A DNA stretch of 64,000 bases from Podarcis tiliguerta (taxonomy: Eukaryota), in assembly GCA_965153285.1 (NCBI GenBank), contig OZ229110.1. One strand, 5' to 3'. Shown here piece after piece: positions 49,570 to 62,531 of the stretch. The notes under the pieces are model-generated. The model had not been told where the DNA came from. It did not search any database and saw only the letters and a program-made list of their open reading frames with translations. Both the position numbers and the translations under genes were made by a program. Within the stretch, counting starts at the first letter, position 1. Each line of letters starts with the position of its first letter.

Positions 49570-52033
49570 GGCTAACCAAACTGATTAATGAAGTAAGCAT
49601 TGCAGCTTTGCAAAGATATTCAGTGGCCCTATCATAACTATCAAGGTCTTTTTCACTTGCACGGCTAATATCATGTCAGCGATCACTTTCCAAGGAAATT
49701 CTTCTGCCATTTGCATTGTCCATACACAATTTTAAGACCAAAAAAATAAATAAATAGAAATGTACTGAAATGAAGAGCAATGGGGGCAGGTTCAATTTCC
49801 TGTATGACTGACTTCAAGTTATTCACAACCTTCCCACCCACCAAAACATCTCTTTGTTAGAATTAGTTAACAAATTTGGCATTAGATATCTTAGCTTAAA
49901 TGTGAATTCTGGATAATTCTCACTACAGGATGCAGTGCCCCTCATTTGGCATTATAGCAGTTGTTTACAATTCATGCTCCGATGCTGAAGAAAAGAATGA
50001 TTGTTTAGGACAAGTATAAACCCAAGGGTACAACCTCTATACCCGTTCATTCCCCCACGCCACAAATATATTCACACACCCATACTACACAACCTCATCA
50101 CCCGCCATCACAACACTTGCACCACCCACACAAAATTGCAATTCTGGAAAAGATAGGATTTGCAGAACCTTGCAAAAAAGTGGGTGTGTGTTTTTTTGGG
50201 GGGGTAGTCACTGCCAGTCCCATGCTGCTATTCGCTGGGATGGGGCAAGCAGAAGAAGCAACAGGAAGACTGTAGCCGCTACATGGTCCCAGTTGGCATG
50301 GGGAAAGGGGAGTTCAGGGAGAAAGCAAGAGCACTGAGGCATGGGCAGGTGTCAGGCATATTGCAAGTTCACTCATTGCTTCTCCCTAAGGCTAAAGACT
50401 GATGCAAAGGCATTAGGACTAACAGAAGAGATTGTGGCATGGAAGGCATTGCTTTACACTGCTCACACTATCTGCCTGTGAAACACACCAAGCTGCTTTT
50501 ACATACTTCAGAAAAGTGGGGTGGGGCAGAGAAAAGAAAAGGGAAGGGGGAGACTAAGCAATAGCTCCTACTGAAGAAAATGCCTATTTGTTTCATCCTC
50601 TGAAAAGGCTAATAGCTGAAAAGGTTTGCAGGGAATCCTGCAGATCTCCAAGGATACCCCATAGTTCACACTGATATTACGTTGCTTGAGGCAACCGAGC
50701 CTCTGCAAACAAATCAGCCCGGGAGCAGGAGAAGAAATGAGTTCATGAAAGCAAAGCCTCCAGAGCCCCTAAGTTCTTTTGTGCAAAGCTTCCCAACCAG
50801 ATCCTAATACTGCACGATTAGAGAACACCCTGCCACAAAGGAGCCTCTGCAAAGCACTCTGGGGGAATCTAACTGCCCCACTTTCAGAGCCAAGTCTTTT
50901 TACAGTACAGGAAAGGTCTGTTTTGCAGAGCTTCGGAATCAGTGACAATGGCCATCACCTTGCTTTTGCCCACCTCGTTCTAACACCCAGTCCTTAGTCC
51001 TTATACAGATAGTATTTACTTTTTCACTCAGAGGCATACAGTGCAATTCCACTAGCTAGAATCTGTATATAAAACACAAGGCATGTGTTTTTAATCTGTA
51101 TATAAAACACAAGGCGTGTAATCTGCTTGAACATGGATGTAGAAGTCAACACTCTGCACAGGTGTTTCTTGCGCACTGCAGAGAGTTACAGGTGAATAAT
51201 AATAATAATAAATTTTATTTATATCCCACCCTCCCCAGCTGAAGCTGGGCTCAGAGCGGCTAACAACAGTAAAAGGGAGACACTAACACAGTTTGCGCTC
51301 CAAATTTGCTGCTGTTAACAGCACTTGTATGTACTTGTTGACTATCCCCCCCCCCCCCCGTCGCCTTTAATGGGAGTTAGCTGCACCTTAAGGATGGAGA
51401 TGAGACTGGGGAAACGGTGAACAAGTAAAAGGTTATAACATCCCTCCTCTCCTGTGAGCTTTTTCAAAGAAGGAAAATCCAATCATGGATATGCAGTTTG
51501 ACCTTTTCTGAGTGACGGAGGTATACCAGAGGATATATTCATGTTGTTGTTTTTTTTTTAAAAAAAGAAGACTGTGAGCACTTACCAGTCTATAGCTCAC
51601 AAGTAAGGACATGCAGCAGTGAATGCTGGACTTTGGGGGGGGGGGGAGGAAGAATTGAAGCTCAGTGGAAGAGCACATGCAGAAGGCTACAGGTTCTACC
51701 CCTGCCATCTCCAGTTAGACCTGGGAAAGACTCCCATCTTCAATCCTATAGGGCTTCTAACATTGGAGACAATACTGAGGCAGGTGGATCATTGGCCTGA
51801 AACAGTTTAAAGTGGCCTCCTACAGCCCCAGGACTCAATACATTTATCAGGGATTGTCAACATTCACATGGAACTATTCACATGCAAGTAAATTCAAAGT
51901 GATATATGAATGAATGAATAAAACTTTATTTGCATAGCCAACAGGCCATAGCATCAAACACCAACAGAAGTACATTACAAATATAGTTAAAATCTTGTGA
52001 CCTATTAAAACCCTTTGCTCCTATATGGAAGTT

Positions 52034-52440
52034 AGTGATGTATGGAAGTGAGAGCTGGACCATAAAGAAGGCTGATCACCGAAGAATTGATGCTGGTGCT
52101 GGAGGAGACTCTTGAGAGTCCCACGAACTGCAAGAAGATCAAACCTATCCATTCTTAAGGAAATCAGCCCTGAGTGCTCACTGGAAGGACAGATCCTAAA
52201 GCCGATACTTTGGCCACCTCATGAGAAGAGAAGACTCCCTGGAAAAGAACCTGATGTTGGGAAAGATGGAGGGCACAAGGAGAAGGGGACGACAGATGAG
52301 ATGGTTGGATAGTGTTCTCGAAGCTACAGCATGAGTTTGACCAAACTGCAGGAGGCAGTGGAAGACAGGAGTGCCTGGCGTGCTGTGGTCCATGGGGTCA
52401 CGAAGAGTCGGACACGACTAAACGACTAAACAATAACAAA
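52034..52440 (+). mobile_element. BovB (RTE) LINE 3' fragment
   Basis: agtgatgtatggaagtgagagctggacc...gtcacgaagagtcggacacgactaaacgactaaacaa. Confidence 0.92.
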
Positions 52441-55400
52441 TTTCAAAGCTCCTTATGATCATTGCCCTTCCATGAGTCCTGGGAGCGAGGCCCCTTCTCA
52501 TAAGTAACTTGCTGAAATGGGATTTCAACTAAGCCAAAAACGCAATTTGCGATCCACTTCAGTACCTTCAGTGGCTCTTCCATACTAAACATGATGCAGT
52601 GTAATTTCAACCTTAAAATGAAACAGAATAAAATAAATATCCTGCAGTCCTAAGCACACTTATATTACTATTCAAAAAAAGGTCCACTGAATTCAACAGG
52701 TCACACTTATGAGGAAACATGCTTTCTATTCTGCATTAAATCTGAAGTGTGATCAATTATTTCCATGATAGCATCAGGAAGGTTCTACTCTCTCCCGTTT
52801 CCAAAACTGCTGAAGGCAGCCCAGGGGTTAAATTGTCTGCATTCGCACCATTCATGCAGATCTATGAAATTACATCTTTGCTCCAAAACCTGCTTCAGGG
52901 CACTTCAGGAAATTACAGTAGTGCTCTTTTTAATTTCCATTCCCATTTCTGTGCCTCTGCGATAACTATCTGTAAGCCTCAAGGCTGGAGCCAGTAGGTG
53001 TCTGTACAGGCACCTACCTACGTACTTGAGTGCAGCCTGGAACTCAGATTTCAAGCCAACTGGTGATTTCAGCCAAAGAAGCCAGAATCCCAGTGGCAAA
53101 ATACAATGCTTTGTTCTCCTCCAGAGTGTGTGAGCTTGTTAATGAGAAGGGGAAGTAGGGAATTATTGCACTATATAGGATCGATAAAAGCATAACAATA
53201 TAGATGAGTCACTAACTGTATTAAACACAAGTCGCCAAGAACAAGTCAAAATGCACCTTGCACTAAAGGAATAACCCTATTGATCGTGATATTGTGAACA
53301 GGCATGCCATAACCTTGTGTGCCAGTGTAAAGATGGGATACATGCTCATACATAACCCAAAGCCAGGTCCACCAGAGAAACTCTTGATCAGAGCAGCAAA
53401 TCCTCTTTAGTAGCACTGCGTTTCTTTCATAGTAGGCAAAAGCTCAAACTTTGCTGCCATTTGTGTATGTAATGCAGAGATCACCCAATCTGCAGTAAAC
53501 ACGCACAGGAATTTCTTTGAAGTTTCACTCTTAATAGCTAACCCACTCTTAACTCCAATCCGCTATCAAGTTTTTTTAAAAAAACAAAACAAAAACAAAA
53601 AAACAGTGTTGGAGTTTGAGGTAAGAACTGCCCAAAGGATTTAAAATAAAAGTCATAGGGAACCAAATTATTGCCACCGAACTAGAACTCAAATCTCTCC
53701 ACTGGAAGCAGCGGATTCAGCCATTCCATGAGCATAAGATGATTGGGAAAGAGTGAGGAGTCTCCTACTTTTCTTCTTTCCAATTCCAACAGGCTCTGAC
53801 TATGAAGCCTTCCAACTGGCTAGGAGTTCCATACGAACTCTTCTGGGTTGTAACAGCCCTGTTTCCCTACTTTCGTGGATCTACAGCAAAAAGGGCATTT
53901 CCTCCCATCCTTAATTTCTGTTCTCTCTTGTCTCCGTTTTCTCATGACAGAAGCAAACTCCTAGGGAAATTGGAGCATAGGAAGATGCCCTATAATGAAT
54001 CAAACCATTGATACGTCCAGTAGTTGGCCTCAGCGTGAAAAACAAACTGTTCCTCTTATATTTGCAAGGAGGTTATGCATGAACAACATTAGCGAAAGAC
54101 CACCTACAGGAATGGACAATTAAAAAATGGGTTAAAATCCAGCAAAACAGGGAGCTTCAAAGATCTAAAAGTGTGAACACTGCATGGTCCCCTGGCTGTT
54201 TTTTAACAAGAAAGAAAAGAGGTAATTTGATTTCAATAATAAGATCAGAAACTTTGGGTTTGACATATAAATACAAAGATTTATATATTAGGGCTTTCTC
54301 GTCTCCAAACAGGTAAGTTAGAATGACTCATATTTGATACAAACTATCATACAGAGCAAGAATTAAATTGGACATCCCTAATGCATTATTATACCCATCA
54401 TTAATGGCCAGCTTGGATTCAGGGCATCTAAAATGATGCACCACACACACTGATACTCAATCTTAGTGACATTTCCCCCCCAAGTGGAAAAAAACACTGC
54501 AACAGACCCTGTCTGAGCATCTAGGAAGAAATCATACAAGAGGAGAAGCCAACATTTGAGCCTACAAGATTTCCCCCTGACTTTCCCTTCTCCTTTTACA
54601 CTAAATCTGCTTCCAATTAGCCCCCTGTGCTTAAGAACAGCTAGGCCTAAAACCGATCCTCTAAACCTCTCATCATCGCTAAACCACATTCTTGTGCTTC
54701 TTACCGGTACAATCTCCTCATCCTTTCCCATGCTTTTGAGGCAACCACATTATATTGCAAAGAAGCAGAATCTCTTATTTCAGCATGAGAACCCTCCCTC
54801 TCCCCCCTCAATGTGTGGTCCTGCCCATTCCTAAGGATAGAGCAGGATCAAGCACTGCTTGATTATGATGGGAAATGCCACCTTTGTGTTTATAGTTGGC
54901 AACGCACCCACTCCAATAACTCGAGCATATGAAACGAGTTACAAGTAAGAGCTGTTAGTGCTACTGCTAAAACCTCACCAATTTGATCTCCAGCCACTTG
55001 AAAGATCACATCAAGAGAGTGCAAGATTCTCAGTCGTGTATTTAATTCACCATGAGAAATCAGCTCACTGTGATGCCCTAAAACTCTTCAAACATACATT
55101 TCTGCCCTGCATAGTGCAGAGCTTTGCCCAGTCCTGGCTTACTCTTAGTCATTTTTGAGCCACTGAAGCCATATACCCTTTAGACGTCAAGCTACTTTTT
55201 CAGTGGCTGTTGCTCACATTTTCCAATTCTTTGTTAGTAATGCTAAAAGGAAGTTCCTGGGGATTTAAACCAGCTTTCCAGGGTGCTCCGTATCTTGCAG
55301 TTGTGGACCTGAACAATTCGGTGCTGTGTTGCTCTTTCCCCCTCAATCAGAAGCAGAAGAGCAAGAATTTCCATACAAAGTCTGACACAACTGTGCCCTA

Positions 55401-57425
55401 CTTCAAACTGAACTCCCGCCCATTGCAAAGATATCTGACTTTCCACATTGCATGGCAGAGCCGAGACCCAAAGTCAGCATGATAAATCCTGAAAAGACAC
55501 TTTTATCTATTTGCAAATCCTCCCCACAATATTCAGATAGCACTGGTTGCTTGGTATGTGACTGTGTAAATTTTACCTAGGAAAGGTGAAGGTCTAAACC
55601 TAGGACAGCTATCCTTGAAGCTTGTCAAAAGTTCACCTCACTGCCCTGAAGTAGGCCACATATGAATTGCATATGAATTAGCCACAGACCACGTCCAGCT
55701 TTTAATTTGATCAAACACAGGCTTCATGTGCTTTAGTGTAAATATTTGTGCTTTCTACCTCTGGGCATATCAGGGGCACAGCTTAACATTCCAGCAGGCA
55801 GAATCTACTTCTGATTATTTTTTATCACGCAGGTCTGCCCATTTGTTTCTCTCTCTTGACCAAAACAGATGTAGCTTTAAAGTAGCTGTGGAGGACTCAG
55901 ATTTTAATCAGAACAGCAGCAATGGGTGGAGGGGTGTTTAATTAACGCTATCATGCCCCAGCTACTATTTATCCTACAGGAGCAAAATCTATGGAGGAAG
56001 CAGGTAATCTATCTGTATTCCACCCCATCCCCCAGGTAAGCCTCATATCAGCTGGGGGGGGGGGAGGGATTTAGATTACAAAAATGGCACAGACAGAAAG
56101 GGTTATACAACTCCCCCCTCAGATCTGCTGCTTTGACCAAAAGTCTGCCCCCCACAACAGCTGAGTAAAAGTTGTTTTTTAAAAAAGTCAAAAGATCTCA
56201 TCACATATCTCCATAGGTTGTCTTGATTCTCTCTCTGCTTTTTCCTTTGTCTTAGGGCCAAAGAACAGTACACGAGAAATTATGCAATGCCTTTAGCCCT
56301 GGGGTACATGATTTCCCCCTCCCATAATAAGCAGCCATCTTGGGAGGGGGGAAAGGTTAAAGTCCCCCCCCCCCCCAGGGCCACAGTCCTCATCTGGCCT
56401 AGGAAAGGGCAGAGCAGGAATATCAGGGCTAAAGACATATACGTTATCAGGTCTTCTTTAGCTCTTAAAAAAAGATTCTTGCCCCCTCCCCCGGGGGGGG
56501 GGGGGGCTAGAAGTTTCTCCTTGTCAGTGAAGGAAAGGTGAGTGTGCTGAAGGAACTAGAATATTTTAACTACAGATTAAACTGATTTGTAAAACATTCT
56601 CATAAGTCTCACGAGTGGTCTTCTTTGACAACTGGCACAGCTGGGGTGGCCCTGAGGCAAAATGGGAAGGTGCCACCTCACTGCCTCCCATTTGCCAAAT
56701 CCTCGCTTACCAGGGTCATGCAGTGGTGGCTTCCGGAGACATCTCACTGGAAGCCACCACTGCTTCTCTCAGCTTCTCCTGTGGTGGTGGGGTGGGCGGG
56801 GCTCACACAGGGGCACTGCCCCGTGAGATTCTGCCACCCAAGGCGGCTGCCTCAGTCCATCTCATCCCTTACTAGGGCCAAAAGACTGATACTGATGCAC
56901 CGGAAATATAAGTGAACGGCTCCATTTAATCAGTGGACTGAAGATATGACTGCACTTGCAACTTATGAACCAATTGCTTAGAGATGTAGACTTTGCATGG
57001 ACAAGTATAAAGACATTTGGAACACTTTTACACAAAATATAGTAGGTTAAAAATAAGCATATATGCATCTGGATAATAATAAAACCTGCACATCAGAGAA
57101 GTATAAACGGGATTGTAATTGTTAACTCGTATAATGATATAGTATAACTTTTATTTATTTCACTTTTTATTCTTGTTTTATGTTTGTTTGGTTAAACTGT
57201 TCTTTAAAAGACTTAATAAAATGGGTAGGCCAGTCATGGGTTTAGCAAGAGCACCAAGAATAAGGTAACTTATAGTTGACCGAGCCATCTTCTGAAGCTC
57301 GTATCATGATACTGCATTTGTAATAGGCTGATCCAGGATTCATTGCAAATTTAGATTCCAATGTTAACAGTTTATTTAGGGAAATGTGACCAATGAAAGG
57401 GGAAGGAAGCACAAAGCTGGCTTAC

Positions 57426-57623
57426 CGGTTGAGTCTGCTGCAGATGCTCTGCCACTGGTCAGGTCTTCAGTGTTTATGGACTGCAGGTCAGTATAGGAAG
57501 GTGTGAAACTGGGGCTGCTGGTGTTCTCAGAAGTAGTTGTCCAACTGTTGTCTGACGTGAGAGGCCTTCTCTCAGAAGATCCCGAAGAGGGACATGTCCA
57601 GCAGAATGTTTTTGGAGAGAAGG
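57426..57623 (-). CDS. STON2: Stonin-2 coding exon (Ser/Thr-rich N-terminal region)
   Basis: CWTCPSSGSSERRPLTSDNSWTTTSENTSSPSFTPSYTDLQSINTEDLTSGRASAADST matches STON2. Long polypyrimidine tract plus aag| acceptor, donor ACCG|gtaagc. 198 nt, phase 1-1. Confidence 0.93.
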
Positions 57624-60600
57624 CTTGAAAAAAGAAAGAAAGAAAGAAATTTGTGGAACTAGGCAGCATAAAAAGGGTTCTGGAAAGGTGAGTCATGACA
57701 AAAGAGGGAATTGGATGGTGCAGAACATCTTATATCAAGTTTCCCTCAAGCGAGGAAATGCTGCCTGAGTATTCTGCAGGGTAGCTGGTTATTTGATGCT
57801 ATCAGTGCTCCCCATTTGCTATAAGCCTTCTAATATAAAACCAAAACACTTGCTACCATGTTGTATACTGAGGAATGCTGTGTATGTCTGTCTACGAGTT
57901 TTGTGCTTTCTGCAACCTCTGTTAATGTCAGAACGTAAATGTCGAAGTCCAAGGCCTTGTGCTGTTTACTGTGCTGCAAGACTGTTTAGCAGTAGCTGCT
58001 TGGAGACAAGTTCCGAAAGGGGAAAGAGATAATTGCTTTTAATATTTATAGACGGGCCCGGGATCAAGTAAATTCGATGGGTCTGAGGCTCTGATTGGTT
58101 GGAGGCTCTAGCCAGTGAAGAATGGGCAGTTTACCTGTCAGTCAGGAACGACAGTTGATGAGGAAGGTGTGAGGCGAAGAACAGAGAAAGTTGAGGAGAA
58201 AGTGGACAGCGAAATCCTGAATATTATGGTATATTTTCCCCCGGTGTGTTAACAATGCTTTGGTGGCTGTGACCAGAAGAAGGCAGTCAGTGGCTGAGTT
58301 AGGCTAATAAGCTGTACTGTGTAAAGATTTTAACGGAAGAGGACACATGAAGGTTTTTTAAAACAGGGGAAATGTCCAAGAAGCCAGAAGTACAACCAGA
58401 GGAGCTTTGGGGTCAGAGGCAGATTGTACCCAGTAGTGAACTGGGTTGTGAGTGAATTTGGCTGGGGAGGAATGTCAGGGAAATTGGTCTGAGGTAAAAA
58501 CCTTTTAGAGGCAGGTCTCAGCAACAGCATCTCTTGAGTCCTTGGAAACCATCATCAAGCACGTGTGGATCTCAATATATCAGCTTTTCCTTATGTATAC
58601 AATTAGCCCTTTGATAAACAGTCTTAGTTAACAGTTTGGTCCATCCCCAGTACTGGTGACAATCTCACACCTAATGCTAGGCTACCAGGAAGTTTTAAGA
58701 GTCTTTTAAGGGAATTGGTGCCAGCAGAAAAGGGTCACATTGGAGAACCCTGTGGGCCAGATTCAACTAACCTGGTAGGCTAATGGAAGTCTTGGAAGAG
58801 GACTTCTGCTAGTGTAACAGGGCTTCCCCCCCACCTCCATGCTTTCCCCCCAAATCTGCTCTGGGGAGATCAGCCTGTGGGGAGAAGATGGGAGAGAACA
58901 TTCCATCCAGCAAGCAAAAATATTTGCATTGACAGAATAGTAGTGCAGTGTTGAATATCACCCTAAGTTAAAGTGGCTGGTTCTATATAAGCAGTGCAAA
59001 TACCTAAATGTGTGTTTACAGAAAGCAGGAACTGAGGGAACCCATTTCCTATACATGTGTATACAAAAACCTATGAAAACCGCATACCTGCCTGCTCTGC
59101 AAAGAGACTATTAATACATGGGATGCGAGGAGAGCTGGGATCCTCATTTCCTCTCTGTACACACTATTTTAGAATGTCTGGACAGAGATATGTTTCCTTA
59201 TAAGCCTCAAGCGCAAACAGCATCTATAATCTGAAATGTCCAAAATCACAGTTAGAAGAACGTACCTTCATAGTCTTTAGAAGCAAGCTCTACTCACACC
59301 ATACATTTAAAGAACTATTATACCACTTTAACAGTCATGGAGAATCCTGGAAACTGTAATTTGTTAAAGGTGTTGGGAATTACAGCTCTATGAGGTTAGC
59401 ACCACGGTTCCCAGGATTCATTATTACTCTCAAAAGCAATGCTTTACATGTATGATGTGGATGAGATCTAGAATGCTTGCTTGAGAATTCTCTCTCCAAA
59501 TTTGTTCCAGTTATATTACATACATCCTCAATCTTCCGCTACCTGAGCTTATAGCAAACTTTTCCTCCAGCAGCGAAGATAGTACAATTTGTTCCAATTT
59601 TAGCATGCCATCAAGCTCTCATCATTTTCAGTTTTTGCTTTCCTTCTTCCTCAGCTGTACGATTCTCTTACTCAAGACTTGCCAGTTTCAGAGCGGATAG
59701 CACAATCGGCATTATGTGAAGTTTGCTCTGCTGTGAAAATGCCTCCCCAAGAATGTGAGATAAAGTCCTAGTTACTTGAGCCACTTAGAATCAGACAAAG
59801 TCCTTGAGAGGAGTGTGATCCAGATGTCACAATAGGCCTTTTCTAGCTCTCCTTTTCATACCTCGCTACATTCCAGGGTGCAGCTTTGCCCAGCAGTTTA
59901 TCTGATTGAATTGTGATGTCAGTATAAGAGAGAATTGAAACAGAGCAGAGTTCCTTGCTGCACTGGTAGCATAAGCAATCAGGGTACCATATGAGCTGCA
60001 TGACTGACATGGCTATTTCCCATGCCATTGGTGACCCTTCCCAGGACTAGTGTCACAATACATTTGCATAATTAAACTTTTTTTTTTGAGGGGAAAAAAT
60101 TAAGTGTTATTTCTAAAATAACACTTTTAGCAAATTCTTTCAAAGAAACCAACAACAAAGCTTTAAAAATTCAACAATTAGCATCTAAAAAAATAATTAA
60201 AATCACAGAACAGGGTTTTTTTAAATAAAAATAATAGCACAATGGTGGAGCCCAAGCTTCCCCTGCAGAAGACCCCTGGATCAAAGCCTGACATCTCCAC
60301 CTAAAAAACGATCAGGTAGCAGGTGTTGAGCCACTGCCAGTCAGAGAAGACAATAGTAAGTTAGATGGACAAATAATCTGACTCAGTATATTTCCTGTGT
60401 TCCTAACACAGGAACACATATTTCCTGTGTTCCTAAAATCATCAGTAAAAATCATCAGTATCATATCATCCCTTAAAAACTCAGGATAATAATAATAGTA
60501 CTCTAAAGTTAGCAAAGTGTGTACCAGTCAAGTATCTCTGGTGAAGCAAAATTTCACAACAAGGGTATCACTACTGAAAATGCCCTTTCTCCAGTTGCCA

Positions 60601-61137
60601 ACATCTCAACTTTGAAGGGAGCAACAACACAGTCTCTGAAACAGTTAAAGAGTAGGTAGGTTTATATGGAATAGCAGATAGTCTTTTAGACACTCTGTGC
60701 ATGTGGTGTGTGTGTGTATGTGATTCACTTGCGATGTTGACAATTAACAAGCCAAAATATCTGTGGAATGCGTGGGGGCAAGGCCGAGGGGATGGCTTCT
60801 TAATTATTTTAGCAAGGGACTAACTACCCTGCAGAACAAAGCCGTAAGAGCTCTGGTATGTAGAAGCCTCAATAAAATATCACAGAAGCCCCCAAACTGT
60901 GTGAGGTTGGGTATTATTCTTGAGGTCAACGATCTAAGCACACGTAAGCTGCATCAATGCAGCCTGTTGCTACTCCATCACAGGATCATTCCAGCTCCGT
61001 GTTATTCACAAGAAGTGGCTCTTGAGGGTTTCGGACAAGAGCCTCTCTCAGCCCCACCTGAAAAGTGCCAGGGACTGAACCTGGAATAATTTGCAAGCAT
61101 TACTGTAATAGACTTCAGTATAGTGTGACATTCCAAC

Positions 61138-61401
61138 CTGTATGTGCATTCTCTGGTGAAGTGCTAGGCCAGGGTGCATCTTCAAACTGGACCCATGTGC
61201 TGAATGATGAAGACAGATCAGGCTTTGGAGACGGGTGGTTTTCAAGCAAACATACGGACACAGAGTCTGCAGCAGTTTTGTCCATTCCATCTCCCAGCTC
61301 AGCATGTGCAAGTGTCTGAAATTCTCCATCCAGGTTTTGGATGCCTTCAGAAGAAGTATCAGAGGAGGACAGAAACCTTTCAAGAGGTTCTCCAGCTTGG
61401 C
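61138..61401 (-). CDS. STON2: Stonin-2, first coding exon in window (probably coding exon 2); N-terminal region with WVQF AP-2-binding motif
   Basis: Translation ...PKPDLSSSFSTWVQFEDAPWPSTSP... resembles mammalian STON2 (PDLASAISNWVQFEDDTPWASTSP). Acceptor cttcttgcag|G, donor ACAG|gttgga. 264 nt, phase 1-1. Confidence 0.9.
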
Positions 61402-61592
61402 CTGCAAGAAGAATCACAATATAATGTAGAAGTAACAAGGAATTTTTAAACATCCCTTTTCATCATTTGTAAATGTTCAATGTGTATAGGGCAATGTTAC
61501 AGCTTTATGCTTCTGAGTGAAGCTACCTGTTATAAGAAACACGGCACCCCATGTTAAGTCATTCTCCTTTCCACCATTAAAGAGACTTTGTA

Positions 61593-61897
61593 ATGAATCA
61601 TAGAATCATAGAGTTGGAAGAGACCACAAGGGCCATCGAGTCCAACCCCCTGCCAAGCAGGAAACACCATCAGAGCACTCCTGACATATGGTTGTCAAGC
61701 CTCTGCTTAAAGACCTCCAAAGAAGGAGACTCCACCACACTCCTTGGCAGCAAATTCCACTGTCAAACAGCTCTTACTGTCAGGAAGTTCTTCCTAATGT
61801 ATAGGTGGAATCTTCTTTCTTGTAGTTTGGATCCATTGCTCCGTGTCCTCTTCTCTGGAGCAGCAGAAAACAACCTTTCTCCCTCCTCTATGTGACA
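61593..61897 (-). mobile_element. CR1 LINE 3' fragment
   Basis: Reverse complement about 97% identical by eye to 45450-45753. (ATTCTATG)n tail. Confidence 0.93.
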
Positions 61898-62393
61898 TAG
61901 TACATGTTATACTGTGCCCCAGTGTCATTATACTGAGCAAGTATCCATCCCTGCCTGAAAGGATGTGAAGGTGGGGTGGGCAAATACACAACTTAAATGC
62001 AGTTTCCACTACTCATTCTGGGGCTGGTTGGTCTTGGGAGTGAGGGACTTGTAGACCAGCAATATCTGGAGGGCTGCAGAGTCCTCATCCCTGAACTAGA
62101 TGTTACAGAGGAGAAGGAGAAGCTCGGCACAAGGCTGCTCCCCCCCCCCCCAAGACAAGTTTCTTATAACACATTGAGGTGGTATATAAAAACTGAACAT
62201 AGCTACCCACATGTAATCAAATCCTTTAGCTACTTTCATCTAGACTGTCTTTCCAAGGAGCTTAGGGTGACCCCATTTTAACTCCATAACTACGCTTTAA
62301 GGTAGGATAGGCTGATAAGAATGTTTAACTCAAGTTCTCCCTATGAGTTGAAAAAGGAATTCAACCTAGTTCTGAGTCCGAAACACTCTATCC

Positions 62394-62531
62394 CAGAGCT
62401 GGGAGACCTGTGGCCTTCCAGATGTTGCTGGACTACAGCTCCCATCATCCTTGACTATCAGCCAAACTGGCTGGGGCTGATGGGAGCTGGAGTCCAGCAA
62501 CGTCTATAGGACCACAGGCTCTTCATCCCTG
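62394..62531. mobile_element. hAT MITE
   Basis: CAG...CTG termini, palindromic core and perfect TSD ctctatcc. Confidence 0.8.

Noticed and set aside
59536-59733. Possible extra cassette exon with NAGNAG acceptor
   Set aside because: In-frame stop (TGA) in the phase-1 frame, and the other frames are also closed.
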